A stretch of DNA of 64,000 nucleotides from Selaginella moellendorffii (taxonomy: Eukaryota; Plantae; Lycopodiophyta): the NCBI RefSeq assembly GCF_000143415.4, contig NW_003314302.1, forward strand, positions 1,331,329 through 1,395,328, written 5' to 3'. Every line of letters begins with the position of its first letter. Position 1 is the stretch's first letter. The notes beneath the pieces are model-generated. The model had not been told where the DNA came from, ran no database searches, and worked only from the letters and a program-made list of their open reading frames with translations. Made by a program: the position numbers and the translations under genes. Shown here piece after piece: positions 40,004 through 52,600 of this stretch.

Positions 40004-40582
40004 ATGAAATGCTTTGGGAGAGGATCAGTGCTGCGGCCGCGATATTCTCAGATCAGGTGCACAAATCGCATGGATCAAGGAATGCGGCAGTGCCAGAGAT
40101 CTGGAGCAAATCCACCAAGAGGCATTCGTAGCGGCTATGGATGCAGCAGTCTGGATGATGCGATCCATCTTCAACGCCATGGGATGAAGAATCGCGACGT
40201 GGTGTCGTAGAATTGCTCTAGCCATCAAGAAGATCTGCGGGAAGGTCGTCAAGCTCAACTCCCCGTTTTGATATCCACTTGAGAATCCTCTCCAAGAGCA
40301 GCTTCGCTGAGCTACACAACCAACACGCTCATGGACATGTACACAAAGTGTGGATATTTGACAGGGTGGTTTCGCAAGACGTTGTTTCATGGAACGTCTT
40401 GATGCTTGGCTATGCCGAGAACGGAGAAGAGTCTCTTATGTTGCAGCTACTCCAAGTGACGGCTGGTGCTGCAAGCCCAAGGCTTGCGGCTGTCTCGCCG
40501 CCAAAGTAAAAGAAAATTACTGAGCAGCATTTTCTCTATTGCCTCGCTCCTCGTGTCAAACTATCCTGAGCTTGGATCTCCT
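40004..40582 (+). pseudogene. PPR (PLS) pseudogene fragment next to an LTR insertion
   Basis: WIFDRVVSQDVVSWNVLMLGYAENGE; MKNRDVVS* (TGG>TAG); frameshifts. Confidence 0.7.
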
Positions 40583-42138
40583 TGTGACGGTTGTTAGGCG
40601 CCAGCTTTGACTACATGGTCAACGTCGGTCAAAGGGAGGCTCAAGGGTATATTAAGGCATGTTAGGGTAAGGGACTTAACCTACCCTAGGGCTCACAGTG
40701 GAGCGGTGGCGCAGTGGAGCTTTTGAGGTAGCTCAGGGGTGGTTGGGTGGTGAGGAACCTCAAGAGGTGGCATAGCATAATTTAGGGCAATTAGATCTTT
40801 GTCTTTTTGCGCTGGATCATAACATTGGTATCAGAGGATTAGTTACGATGGCCGACCAAGCTGAACACTGGAATCCTATTGTCGATGGTGGTGTCGACGA
40901 TGGTGCTGACGAAGCTGCGGAGATTTGGACTATTCAAGATGTGGTTCATGAGCTGTGAGCCCTTAATCGAAATCAGCAAGAGATGCAAGACAAGATGCAT
41001 GGCATGATGGATACCATGCGTGGGCATGTTGAGGCACTCGAGGCTGGACGGGGTAACGCTCCAAGTAAGCCTTCTTTGGTAGATCGACTCAAGATTCCAA
41101 CCTTTTCCGGTGATGGTGGTGTGGACGAGTGTCTCGCTTGGCTAGCCAATGTGAAGAAGTTCTTGGCTGCTAGAGGAATTCCAGATGCAGAGGCTTTAGT
41201 GGCTATTCCGGTGGTTTTGCATGATGCGGGTCTTCAATGGTGGAATTGGCTTGAAGAGTCCCGTGTTGCAGATAAGAAACCACCAGTGTCTACCATGGAT
41301 GAGTTTGAGGCTGCTTTCCATTTACGTTTTGCCCCTCATGACGACGTGGAGAATGCTCGTACAGAACTTTGCCATTTCTAGCAAGGGAAAATGACGCTCG
41401 GGGATTATATTGAGAAGCTTACTCGCTTGATTAGTCGTGTTCCAACGAAGGATCCATATCAGAACAAGTCCTACTTCATTGATGGCCTACATAGTGAGAG
41501 CATGCAGCAACACTTGCGTCATTCTCAGCCTACAAAGAGTTTGGAGGAGCTCTTTGATGCGGCTCGTCGACTTGACAATGACAAGCACAAGTCTCGCAAG
41601 CGTTCGTGGAGTCCTTCTGTCAAGAATCGTCGTGATGATTGCCGTGGACACAAGGATGGGAACAAGCATTACAAGTTGAAGTCGGTGGTGACTACTTCAG
41701 ATGCAAAGGGGTCCAAGAAGCAGAAGTTCTTTGTGAAGAATTATAGACAAGGTTGTCATCATTGTGGTGAATTTGGACACTACAAGGCTGATTGTCCACA
41801 GTTGAAGAACAAGCAGCAGGACAAGAAGAATGGCCAATCATCTTCTCACAGTAAGTCAGATACTAAAAAGTTGCAAGCTTTACAGTGTGAGGACGAGAAC
41901 GACCATTCCGGTCGGAGGAAGAGACTTTTGATCGTTGCTCGTCAACTCAACTGTGTATGGAACAAAATGGAGCTCGAGGATACACGTGAATCAGCTTTAA
42001 TGCTGGAGGGCGTGTTCCGTGGCGATCTAGTGTGGATTTTACTGGATAGTGGGAGCGATGACAACTTTGTTTCGGCAAAGTTTGTTGCGGAGCATCGCCT
42101 GAACACACGTGGAGTTCTTCCATACACAGTGGAAGGTG
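40583..42138 (+). mobile_element. 5' half of a second Ty3/Gypsy family (family B): LTR 40583-40824, tRNA-iMet PBS 40826-40836, gag with CCHC knuckle, aspartic protease
   Basis: TGTGAC...ATAACA then TTGGTATCAGAG; KIPTFSG, AGLQWW, CHHCGEFGHYKADC, ILLDSGSDDNFV. Confidence 0.88.
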
Positions 42139-45100
42139 CGGTTCATCCAGTGTTTACTTTCCAAGCTCATTTTATAACAAGAGGTCTCACATTATTCTCT
42201 CCATGTTGGTTGATACAGGTTCAAGTTTATCTTCTAATGCTCGACATGTTACCACATGTTGCCATCTATACTTGTGTCGTGCGGCGGAACCAATTTTCAT
42301 TCTTTATGGTGAGCTTGAGTTGCAGTCATTATGGGTGGTGTCAAGTCAAGCTTTTGACCTCATTTTTGATATGGATTGGTTGCAGTGCAATAATGCCAAG
42401 TGTGACTTTGAAGTTTTTCCCCCTTGTCTCATACTCCTTTATGTTTCATCTATTCCTCTCACTTCTGTACCTTTTCGTTCCTTTACTTCTACCTCTATTT
42501 CCATTACTTTTGTTCCCCCACTATTTCCTCCTTTGTTTCTGTTTTGTTCTACTCTTCCCTTTTCTAATCCCTTCGACGATCTTTGTGTTGCAACAGTTGA
42601 CTGGCTCATGAAGGAGTATTCTAATCTCTTTGAATTTGACTTATCATCTGGGGCCAAGATTGCCATACGTCATCCAATTCCAACTGGGGATGCTCGTCCA
42701 ATCAAGGTTCTTGTTTGTCATCAGTCACTTTAAGAAGATCAAGATTTTACGTGCAAACGTCAAAGAGATGTTGGAGAAGAGCATTATTCAAAAGTTGTGG
42801 AGTCTTTGGGCATGTGAACTTTATCTTGTGACAAAACTTGATGGGAGTATTTGTTTTTGCATCGACTATTGTCCATTAAAGGAAGTGACGATCCTAGATG
42901 TGTACCCTCTTCCTCACACTATTGATCTTTTGGATCATCTGGGGCAAAGTCATTGGTTCACTAAGCTAGATCTTGCTTCTAGGTATTGACAAGTATCGAT
43001 GGCCGAAGAAGATATTCTTAATACTACTTTTCGTACACCATTTAGTTTGTACGAGTTCTTAGTGATGCCGTTTGGTTTGAACAATGCTTTAGCAAGTTTC
43101 TAACGGATGATGGATGAGGTTCTTTGTGATATGTCAAAAGTAACTGCTGACTTCATTGATGATGTCTTGCTCCACTCGGAGGGGATGTGGGAGGAGCATG
43201 TTCGTGATGTTTGTAAAGTGTTGGATCAGCTACGCGACGTTGGTTTAAAGCTAAAGTGGTCGAAGTGCGTGTTTGGGTCCAAAGACACAAGTTATTTTGG
43301 GTACTGTATTTTTCGTGAGGGTTTGCAAATTGATCATGACAAACTTGTGGTTGTTCTAAAATTCCCTACTCCGAAGTGTGTGAATAATGTGTAGCACTTC
43401 TTGGGCAAAGTACAGTATCTTGGTTGTTTTGTGGATCATCTTTCTGATCGCACTACACCATTGCGAGCATTGTTGAAGTCATCAACGTCATCTTTCATTT
43501 AGTCTTTGAATTGTGAATAGGCGTTCGTGGATCTCAAAGAGCTATTGATGACTCCTCCGGTTTTGGCATATCTTGACTACACTCGACCTTTTATTTTGCG
43601 TGTGGATGCTTTTGACATTGGTCTTGGAGGTGTGTTGATGCAAGAGAACTCGAGTGTGCTTGGTCAACGCCATCCCATTGCATATATAAGCTGTAAATTA
43701 CAACTAGTAGAGATGAACTACTCCACGACAGAGAAGGAGTGTTTAGCAGCAGTCTGGGGTTTTGAGAAACTTCATGCATATCTACATGGTTCTCAGACAT
43801 TACTTGAAAGTGACCATGCTGTTGTTACTTCATTATTGAAGCGAAAGAACCTGGTTGGTCGTATTGCTTGATGGGCTTTGAAGCTTCAGATATATAATTT
43901 TGATGTTATTCATTGCCTAGGGAGTTTTATGGTTGATGCTAATGCCCTTTCTCGAGCTCCTCTTCCTTCTCCACTCTCTTCTCATATTTCTGACAAGCCT
44001 GTTATTCCAGCATCTGTGGATTTTCTAAACAAGAATTCTATGCCATCGGCGGTTGCTGTACTTGACGTTCAATGTCCACAAGGCACAAAGCAAAATCTAC
44101 CTTCTCTTGATGAGGTTCGTGAAGCTCAAAAGATTGAGTTGTGAATTCGAAGGCTTCATGATGGGTTTGAGAATCCTGCATCACTTGCTGATGACTTGCC
44201 TTTCCGGCATTTACATTCTCAATATTGCCTTAAAGACGGCCTTTTCTATTTTGTGGGAACGAATCTTGATAATCATTTATGGCTGGTGGTGTCTTTTAGT
44301 TTTATTCTACAATTTCTCTATGCCTACCATGATTTTCCTGTTCTAGATAGGCATATGGGATATCGTCGTGTAACTGAGAAGCTGTGCAGGTCTTTTTATT
44401 GACCGAAAATGCGATATGATATTATCCGGTATATGTGTAGCTACATTTGGTGCTAAGCTCGTAATACTCCCCCTCGTGCTGCGGAAGGACGGTTGGAGTC
44501 AATTACAATTTCCCATCTATTTGAGTTGGTGGCGTTTGATCTTATGGGACTTTTTCCACTGGCAATGAATATGTTATATTGCTTCTGACTACTTGACTCG
44601 TTAGGTGGAAGTTGGTGCTCTTGCTAGTGCCTTTGCAACTACTATTGGATACTTCCTCCTCAATTGAGTGGTGTTTCAGCATTCTTGTCCAGAGTGGATT
44701 CTTTCGGATAATGGTCCCGTGTTTATGGCTAAGACATTTCATGTTTTGACGTCTCGGTTGGGGATACGCCACACTTTCACGAGTGTTTATCATTCACAAT
44801 CAAACAGTTTAGTGGAACAGCTTGTTCAGACATTCAAAGGGATGATTGTGAAGTATGTGAACTTTCAGCATTCAGATTAGGATGGTTATTTGCCATCTCT
44901 TCGGTATGCATGTATCATAGGGGTGCAAAGTTTAGTTGATGCTTCAACATATAAACTTCTATATGGTCATGATCCAATATTACCAATGGAGCTGAGTTTA
45001 CCTTTGCGATTGCCACGAGCTACCGATGTTAGGTCGTGGGATTAGTTTTTGACGAGCATTCTTCCACTTGTCCGAGTAGAGTTTGCCGAACACTTAGGCC

Positions 45101-46410
45101 GCGTACAAATGGGACAATAATGGGGCTACAACTCCCATCATCGTCCACCTGCGAAGTCCAAAGTGGATGATTTGGTGTTAATCCATTTTCCCCATCTTAT
45201 GGTATGTGGTATATATAAAGGGCTTCTTAGGTAGTGGAAAGGACCATATCGGGTGTTGCGGCAAGTTGAGTGTAAGGAACCAACTCCCCGAGGTGTCGTA
45301 GGCTAAAAGATCCCCGAAAGCATGACAAAAATGATAAAGAGTTCATCAGATAGGATTAAGTCTAAGATCGAGTCCAAGACTGAGTTGAGATTAAGATTGG
45401 GGCCAAGGGGCCGTGGGTGGGAGTGAGCATGGACTCAGATGGTGTCGGAGGGGCCACCCAAGGAAGTGCTCAAGAGCAGCTCCCACTCTTGGAAGGGAAA
45501 CCGATTGCAGTGCTCCCGACTTATGTGGAGTGGTGCCCCACTTAAGTACCTTGCGGCTTATTGGTCCTTGCCCTTCCTAGGGGCTTAGGCCTTCCCTGTG
45601 GGATGGAAGTGGGGGGGTAGAGGTACCCATACTGGGCTGTTAGGCCACAGTGTTTCGCCCCAGTGTCCCGAAGCAAGTGTTGCATCCAAGGCTTGGGATT
45701 TAAAGGGTCCTATGATCAAGTCTTGTTGTACCAAGGAATGCTAGGAACCTGGAGGCTTGGTGTGCTTGGCTGCTTGTGCCTACGGGGAGTGTAGCTGAAC
45801 CTTAAGTCGAATCTAACCTGGAGAGGGGGATTGGGAGAGATTTGGGAATCCGTGGATGGATGGCTAACACTCTGTTGTTTGTGTAATGAGTAGTTGAACC
45901 CAAATAGGACCAAGTAGGAGCTGGTACAATAAGCGAGAACCTTGGTGAAGGAACTTAGCTAAAGCCAAGGTAGTGTTGGTCGGATAGACAAGGTAAGCTG
46001 GCAAATTAGAAAGGAAAAATTTGTAGTTAACAATGAGGTTCGGCATGACGTCTAGTAGGCCGATCCTCCAGAGATTATGCATGTGTAGCGATTGAAACGC
46101 TTCATATAAAGGGATTAGGAGCAGTTAATACCACCTACAAATCTGCTGATGCCTCTTCCGGATGTTCCTCCAGATCCTGGCCCATCTACAAGATAACCCT
46201 GATGGTCTTTCATTATTCCAAGAGGAGGGAATGATGTGAGAGCCAAGTGTATAGCTACAATGCCATATACTAATATTAGCGTAATGGGATTTTGGTAGCT
46301 ATTGGATTGGTTTCAATCTGGACCACTTGCTTCTATATATAAGCTAGAGTTTTTGAGCTAATTGATATGCACATTTTCTATATTCCCTTTCCATATTCCA
46401 AGCACTCAGA
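42139..46410 (+). mobile_element. 3' half of family A Gypsy (PR-RT-RH-INT, PPT ~46220-46234, LTR 46235-46410) fused to the family B 5' half
   Basis: From cggttcatcc.. onward the sequence is colinear with the reverse complement of 21223-25030; second protease motif LVDTGSS; RT FIDDVL; ILSDNGP; LTR TGTGAGAGCC...GCACTCA. Confidence 0.9.
45271..46032. mobile_element. 762-bp solo LTR nested in the integrase 3' end
   Basis: TGTAAGG...GTTAACA termini; flanked by (t)TGAG / ATGAG, a TSD-like duplication; host sequence resumes at atgaggttcggcatgac. Confidence 0.8.
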
Positions 46411-48751
46411 ATGCAAAAGCATAATTTATATTTTAAAATGTTGATATTTTAAGTGGTAAAGGCCTATATGGCTTTAAAATACACTGTCAAATTTATAACA
46501 ATATTGCTTCAACATATCCTGTTGCCAACATGCCATTATCATATAGATAATTTTACATGTTCAATATATATGAGGCTACAAATATTAGAAAGAAAAATTC
46601 ATTCAACACAAATTGTGATCTTAATTTTTTATTACAATTAGATAAGTTGTTAAGAACAATAAACATATATACACAAGCTTTTTAAATGATGTATAATCTT
46701 GAATCACAAGAACAATGTCGCTCAATTAGCACTATAACTTTGAAACATGGTATTTATATGGTTGTTAGAAATGGAGGTACCTCAATCATAGCCCAGCTGT
46801 TCTCAAAGTTCCAAGGGAATGAAGTGATAGAAGTTAATGTGTTGCCTAGGAATGGTAACTGCGAAAATGATGGAAGATGACAGCCTAATAGATGAATGGT
46901 GGAAGAAATTGCTAGTTGATTATAATGGAGTCATAGTGGAGGGGATTTGGCACCCTTTGAATATAGTTGAAGTTGTTGGTAGCATGTGTGCTCATTACGG
47001 AAGAAGAAAAAAGTTTGTAATCTTTATGGGCATCTGCTAGAATCATTGTGTTTTTCTACTGTAGGAATATGGGATTGGGTAAAATATCTACCCATAGTAA
47101 TACTTAGTCTCTTGTGTGCATCAGGTCTAACCATCTCTCAAAAATCAGCTACTAATTGTCTTAGATTTACCCATACTCACTGCATCAAAATAGTTTAAGT
47201 CATATCTTGAGTTTAGCATGTTAGATTGGCTGCTTTTTGGTGTGGCTATTGCATATAGTGATGATGAATAGAGTGAGATCCCTGAGGCCATGTGTGCATG
47301 ATGAGAAAAGTGAAGAAATGTGAACCAGACAATTGTAGTGAGTGGTAAACAATGGTGTAGTTAGTAATAGAATGAATGATTGTAACTGTAAGTGGTGGAG
47401 AGTGATGTTGATGATAGTGGGAGTGAAATAAAGTGAAAAAAAACCTAGGAACCTTGAGTAGCAAACTGTGAAATGGATGACCTCCCAGATGAGAGGAGTT
47501 GATGCAGCCTTAAGGTGAAAGTCCAAGCTCATGATTACTCCATCCTAGAAACACCATATAAAACAAAGCAAAAAAAATGAAAGAAAGATGGAAAAAGACA
47601 TTGAAAAGAAAGAAAAAAGGAAGAAAAGAAAAAATCTCATAACATAGGAAGTTTGGAAAACTCTCTCCTGGAGATTGAATCTATGCCAAGAGATCATAAA
47701 GAGTTTTGAAGGAAGCCAAAGATGCTGCAAAAGCTAACCATTTCACCCTCCAATGTGTGATGTGTTAGTATTGCCAATATGATGAAATCTGGAGCTTGGC
47801 TGTATGTGGTGACCTATGGAGCCCCTAGAGTATGGAAGGAGGAGTCTCCAAAGTAGTGAACTCAATCAGAAGCGCTCACAAGAATCTAATGGTTAAGTAA
47901 ATTGTGAGTGACCATAAAAGATGTTATGCTATGAGTGAGGTCACGGGTAATATCCTGTGGTTAGAGAGGTCTAATGTGATGTCTCAAGGCTGGAGAAGCT
48001 TTTGAAAAGAGCTAGGCTAGTGGTGGAGAAAAAGTGCTACTTTTGCCACCTTTAATGAGTAAATAATCTGCAAGATTTTGGCCTGTATGCACCTTGTCCA
48101 TCTATTGTGTCAAAGTGTTGTGGACTATGGTTAAAGGCTGGAGATGGTCCAAAGAAAAAGTTGTGGCTAGAAACAATCTATGAGTCACTGCAAATGTGTT
48201 CTTATCATCACTTAGAAGGTCACATGGTGAAGTACATGTGACTTGGAGATTTTTCTGTAAAGGTGGTTAGTACAACATCACAAACTTCTTGGTGGATATC
48301 ATCTCCAAAATGCTCTATTTCGTTAAAGTGGGAATTGTCATTATCCCACTTGTAAAATAAGGTTTCCAAACCTTTATATAGTATATAAATATAACAAAAT
48401 TCAACTGCATTGAGACACATGCCATTTTATTTTAAACAAGGAAATGTCTACTCAATCACTTCTCCTCCCCCTGCCACTGCTTCACCTCTCTCTTCTCCTT
48501 GTCATCGTTGTCCAATTTCTTTCCATCCTTTTAATATTGGCTCAGTTGCTCCGAGTCTAGGTGGAGCCCAAGTCCCCATTCAATCTTTACTTTCCCCTTA
48601 TTAATAAAACAACTTCGTAGACTTCCAATAACATGCTGTAACACTTCTAGTATAATGCAAATCTTCTCAAAGAATTGTCTTTTAATATTAATACAATGGC
48701 ATGGAACCCCATGCCATAATAAGTTACATTTTTAAATAAATACATGCCATC

Positions 48752-49614
48752 TCAGACTATTATTTTTTGCCTCCAACGCCTATACAATAATCTTGGAATT
48801 TCATCACTCTCCACACTATCAGGATTTAAACCCAATAGTAATGCCATCTCTTCTCTAATACGTCCACGCTCATGTTCAGTGGTCGAAGAACCCATCCGGT
48901 TGAGTAGATTATGGAGATGCGGATAGTGCTTGGCTAGACAATATACATGCCATAAATGATGACTGGTGTCTGTCCGGTCAAATGGCTTCTGATATACCGT
49001 TCCATCTGCCATTTGGTTGATTTCTGCAGCCACCTCCTGGACTGGCCGGTTCTCTATCACCATCGCTCCAAACCGTTTTGCAAGGTCCCCCAGAACATAC
49101 GGTTTCTTCTCCCTAGTTTCCATACTGCAAGAGATGGGGTGCACTGCATATGTGTGCGTGTTCGCTGCAGTTTTAATCAGCGAGTCATCGATGATGAGGA
49201 TTTCACTTGACCTAGCAGTCCGGTTCATCACTACAGCCTTTGGCTTGACGAAGATGGGCTTGCTACCCCTCACATGGACCATAGTCAAGCAATCCTCCTG
49301 CGTTAGGAGAAAGTCAAATGGTAATATTACTTGCGTCTGATCGTGCATCATCTGTAGCAACGTTAATGCATTGTGGCGCATCATGGATGTCCAAACTCCT
49401 AATTGCAAATTGAACCCGGCCCTCTGTTTTAAGTGTCGCATGGTCATTATTAGATCCCACAGTTTCTCCCGTGTGATTAATGTGAATTTGTCTCTTTTGA
49501 CCAACTTGCGACCGCAGGCTTTGGAGGGTGCAGTGACATTCGAGGACGAGCCACGCTCATGGGAGAAAAGGACACCGTTCAGATCAAAAACTATACAGTA
49601 CCTTCGCCGTGACT
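48752..49614 (-). CDS. FCP1/NIF-like HAD phosphatase domain exon (DLNGVL variant), open frame
   Basis: CIVFDLNGVL, LGVWTSMMRHN, FLLTQEDC, KPIFVKP, ILIIDDSLIKTAAN. Confidence 0.8.
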
Positions 49615-52600
49615 CTGAAATGAAATGCGTCAGCATAAAAAATGGTACAAGTCAATTTTACCATCTACAATATTAGCGAATGGTGCTCCCGATGGTCGTT
49701 GAGAGGGTTTTGGTCGAGGAAACGTGAAGGGCGGAAATACTCTCTTCTGCAATGTGGGGTCAATCGCATTCGATGGCGTGTGGGCACATGCCATTTCAGC
49801 TGTAGACTCTGGTACAACTGGCTCAACAGTGGCATGGGGTGGTTCCGATGGCGTGTGATCACACGCCATTTCAGCTGGTGCCTCCATTGGCAAAGTGGAC
49901 ATGACCGAACAGGCAGCAGGGGCGGTGTAGGGAGGTTCCAACGGTGCGTAGTCAGACGATTGAGCACACGTTGAGTCTGTTGGAAATGAGGATACGACCG
50001 GCTCGGCGGCTGGGGCGGCCTCTGCGGCTGGGGCGGCTCAGCCGGGTCACCGTCAATTGGATACGTGGACAAGATTGACTCTGTGGTATGGGCAGCATCA
50101 AGTGGAGCGTGGTCAGCTTGCTTGGCGTTGATATGGATAGTAGCCTCCACCAGCTTTGATGACTCTTGCAGGCAAGTAGAGTCCACTGGCGGATCCATAT
50201 GCATGTCCAAATATCTCCCTTCGATTGAGATGGTATCCTCCCGTGCTACTAAAAACAAACTCATTAGCACATTGAATCGACTATACTGTATTTACCATCA
50301 ACTGCTATTGAGAAACTAGGACCGATATCACTTGGGCACACTGCTGATTCTGAAGGATTGGACATACGTTTCGACCTTTGCTTGGCACTATCCTTCCTCG
50401 ACACTAAAGGCTAGAGTTTGTATATTAATTCAACTGAATAATCTCTACTTACCATTTGCTCTACGACCTACATGGACAATGTTAGAAATGGTAAAAGGTT
50501 AGGAATGGATGTACTATTATTTACCTGATGGTTTGTCTTGTATGACCTTCCTCTGCTGCTCTTTGGCCACCTCAGGTTAGCCATCGTCGTCATCGTCGTC
50601 GTTGTTATTGTGATCGTCACCATTGTGAGGACCATCCAAGTCCTCTTTGTCCTCCTCTTCTTCGTCCTCCTCTTCTTTGTCCTCCTCTTCGTCCTTCTGC
50701 TCTTCCTGCTCATTATCTTTCTCTGGCTCCTCATCCCCCTCCTGCATTTCTTCCATAGGCTGCTCAGGCTGGATGGCTTATTCTTCCAGGACCATCTTGG
50801 GAAAATCATCTAGCCGAGTCTCCATCTCAAAATACAAGACATCCATGGCCTGTTTTAGTGTGTGACCTAGGACTGTATCCTCACCCAACTGTCTTAACAT
50901 GGTGTCTGCACGTTCTTGCACCCTTCGAAGACGACGAGATGAGAAAAACATGGCCCTGACTTGAAAAGCATCCCTCATCCATTGTACCTCTCCATTGAGA
51001 TTGGGGAAGGGGAGTCCACCATAGGAATCTGAGTCAGGAGGTGGTGACTGGTTGCTTTCACTCAGCCCTTGATCTGCAATGAATGGCATGAGCACACATG
51101 CCATAACCGCGAGGCATTACCTATCATCTTTTTGTTGCCCTTCTTCCTTTTCAAATCAAACGCCTCTGATCCCGATGACTGTCCAATGTGCTTTTGCTTT
51201 TTATGACCACTGTCAGTTTGAGCTTGGCTGGTGCTTGCCTATTTTGCCTTTGAAGAAGTGTCTCCTGCAAGGAATGGCATGAGACCACACGCCATTGCAA
51301 ATATAATTTGTACCTCCTTTTTTCCTATTGCTTGTCTATTTGTCCTTCTTCGACGCGCCACTAGTGCGCTTTTCAGTCCTCGTGTCTGAATATTCACAAC
51401 GATCTATAATCAAAATGGCGTGAGGCCTCACGTGACCTTACCTTGTGCAGGTTGTGAGCTCAGCCCAACATGGGTATCTTCAACAGTAGCTGTTAACGCC
51501 GTTTCAGCATCTGGGGGTGGCCACGCTCCTGCATACAGAGCTTGTGAGATAACATTTAAACTTAAAGTGCGTACTCACCAGGTTCGCAAAGAAGATACTG
51601 TTTTTCTTTGGCAACTGTAATTATATGCTCCATTGAAGTCACCTCTTCAATGGAGTTTGTCACCGCAACACACGGGACACCCTTGAGTAGTGCGGCTCGA
51701 AAGAATAGTCCGCCGCAGTTGTACTCGACAACGCATTTGCCCTTGGAGTCGGAAGCAGGTGACCCACCCGCTATTGCGTTGAAGACCCAGTTGAGCATTT
51801 CCCATGCTGCACCTGGAGCTTTCTCTGGATTCGAAAGCTCCATAGCCGTCTTCAGTTCCTTAGGCACGGGTAAATTGACCTCCCTCAGATCAATTCGATC
51901 GGCCTTGTCGAACGAAGCTGGGAAGTCACTCCAGTCCCACTCTGCTGCAGGACCAATAACAAGGGCGAGTGTGAAGATGCGGACATTCGTCGGTATCTTC
52001 TTCTTAGCCATTATCCCATGGATCTCCCGCATCTCCTTGCCTTTCAACCGAGCCTTCACCTCGTTCAAGGCCTTCCAGAACTTGTGATAGGATTCGGAGT
52101 CGTAGATCATATAGTGGACTGAAGATTCCACCTCCGCAAGTCCCACCATTAAGTCAATGATGGAGCTGACTTCGTCTGCATGAGTGATCTCCTCGTTTGT
52201 GAAGTCCATCACACAAAAGATGTTCTTGACCTGCTCATCTCTGCGGGAAACGATGCTCCTCCACCTTTGATCCTCATCCGAATTCATGTATACCCGGTAA
52301 GGTTCTCGATAGGCCTCTGCTGCGGGGTTGAGCTGTTTCTGAAGCCGGCAGTCGACATCCCTCTTAATGAAATTTGGATACTGATCCAACTTCTCAGCTT
52401 TACTTTTCGTGGCATCCTATAGCAGATCGATGAACTTGGGGGCCCCCTTCATGTACTCGTCGATGTCTTCATTTGACAACTCCAGCTCTTCCATCATCTC
52501 TTGCGTGGTGTCGATGCTCACCCTCTCCACGGCCACTTGCTCGAAGATCCAATCCTTTAATAGCGCACGAGCTCTCAGAGTCGTGCACAAGTCCTCGTAT

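Noticed and set aside
45677-45687. GTGTTGCATCC matching the 5S rRNA 3' end inside the solo LTR
   Set aside because: An 11-nt match with no adjacent 5S similarity, likely chance
48300-48312. Target-site duplication for the 12.9-kb element
   Set aside because: Flanks AAAAT and TTCAA do not match; the terminal GC could be a 2-bp TSD or part of the TIR, which cannot be resolved from one copy
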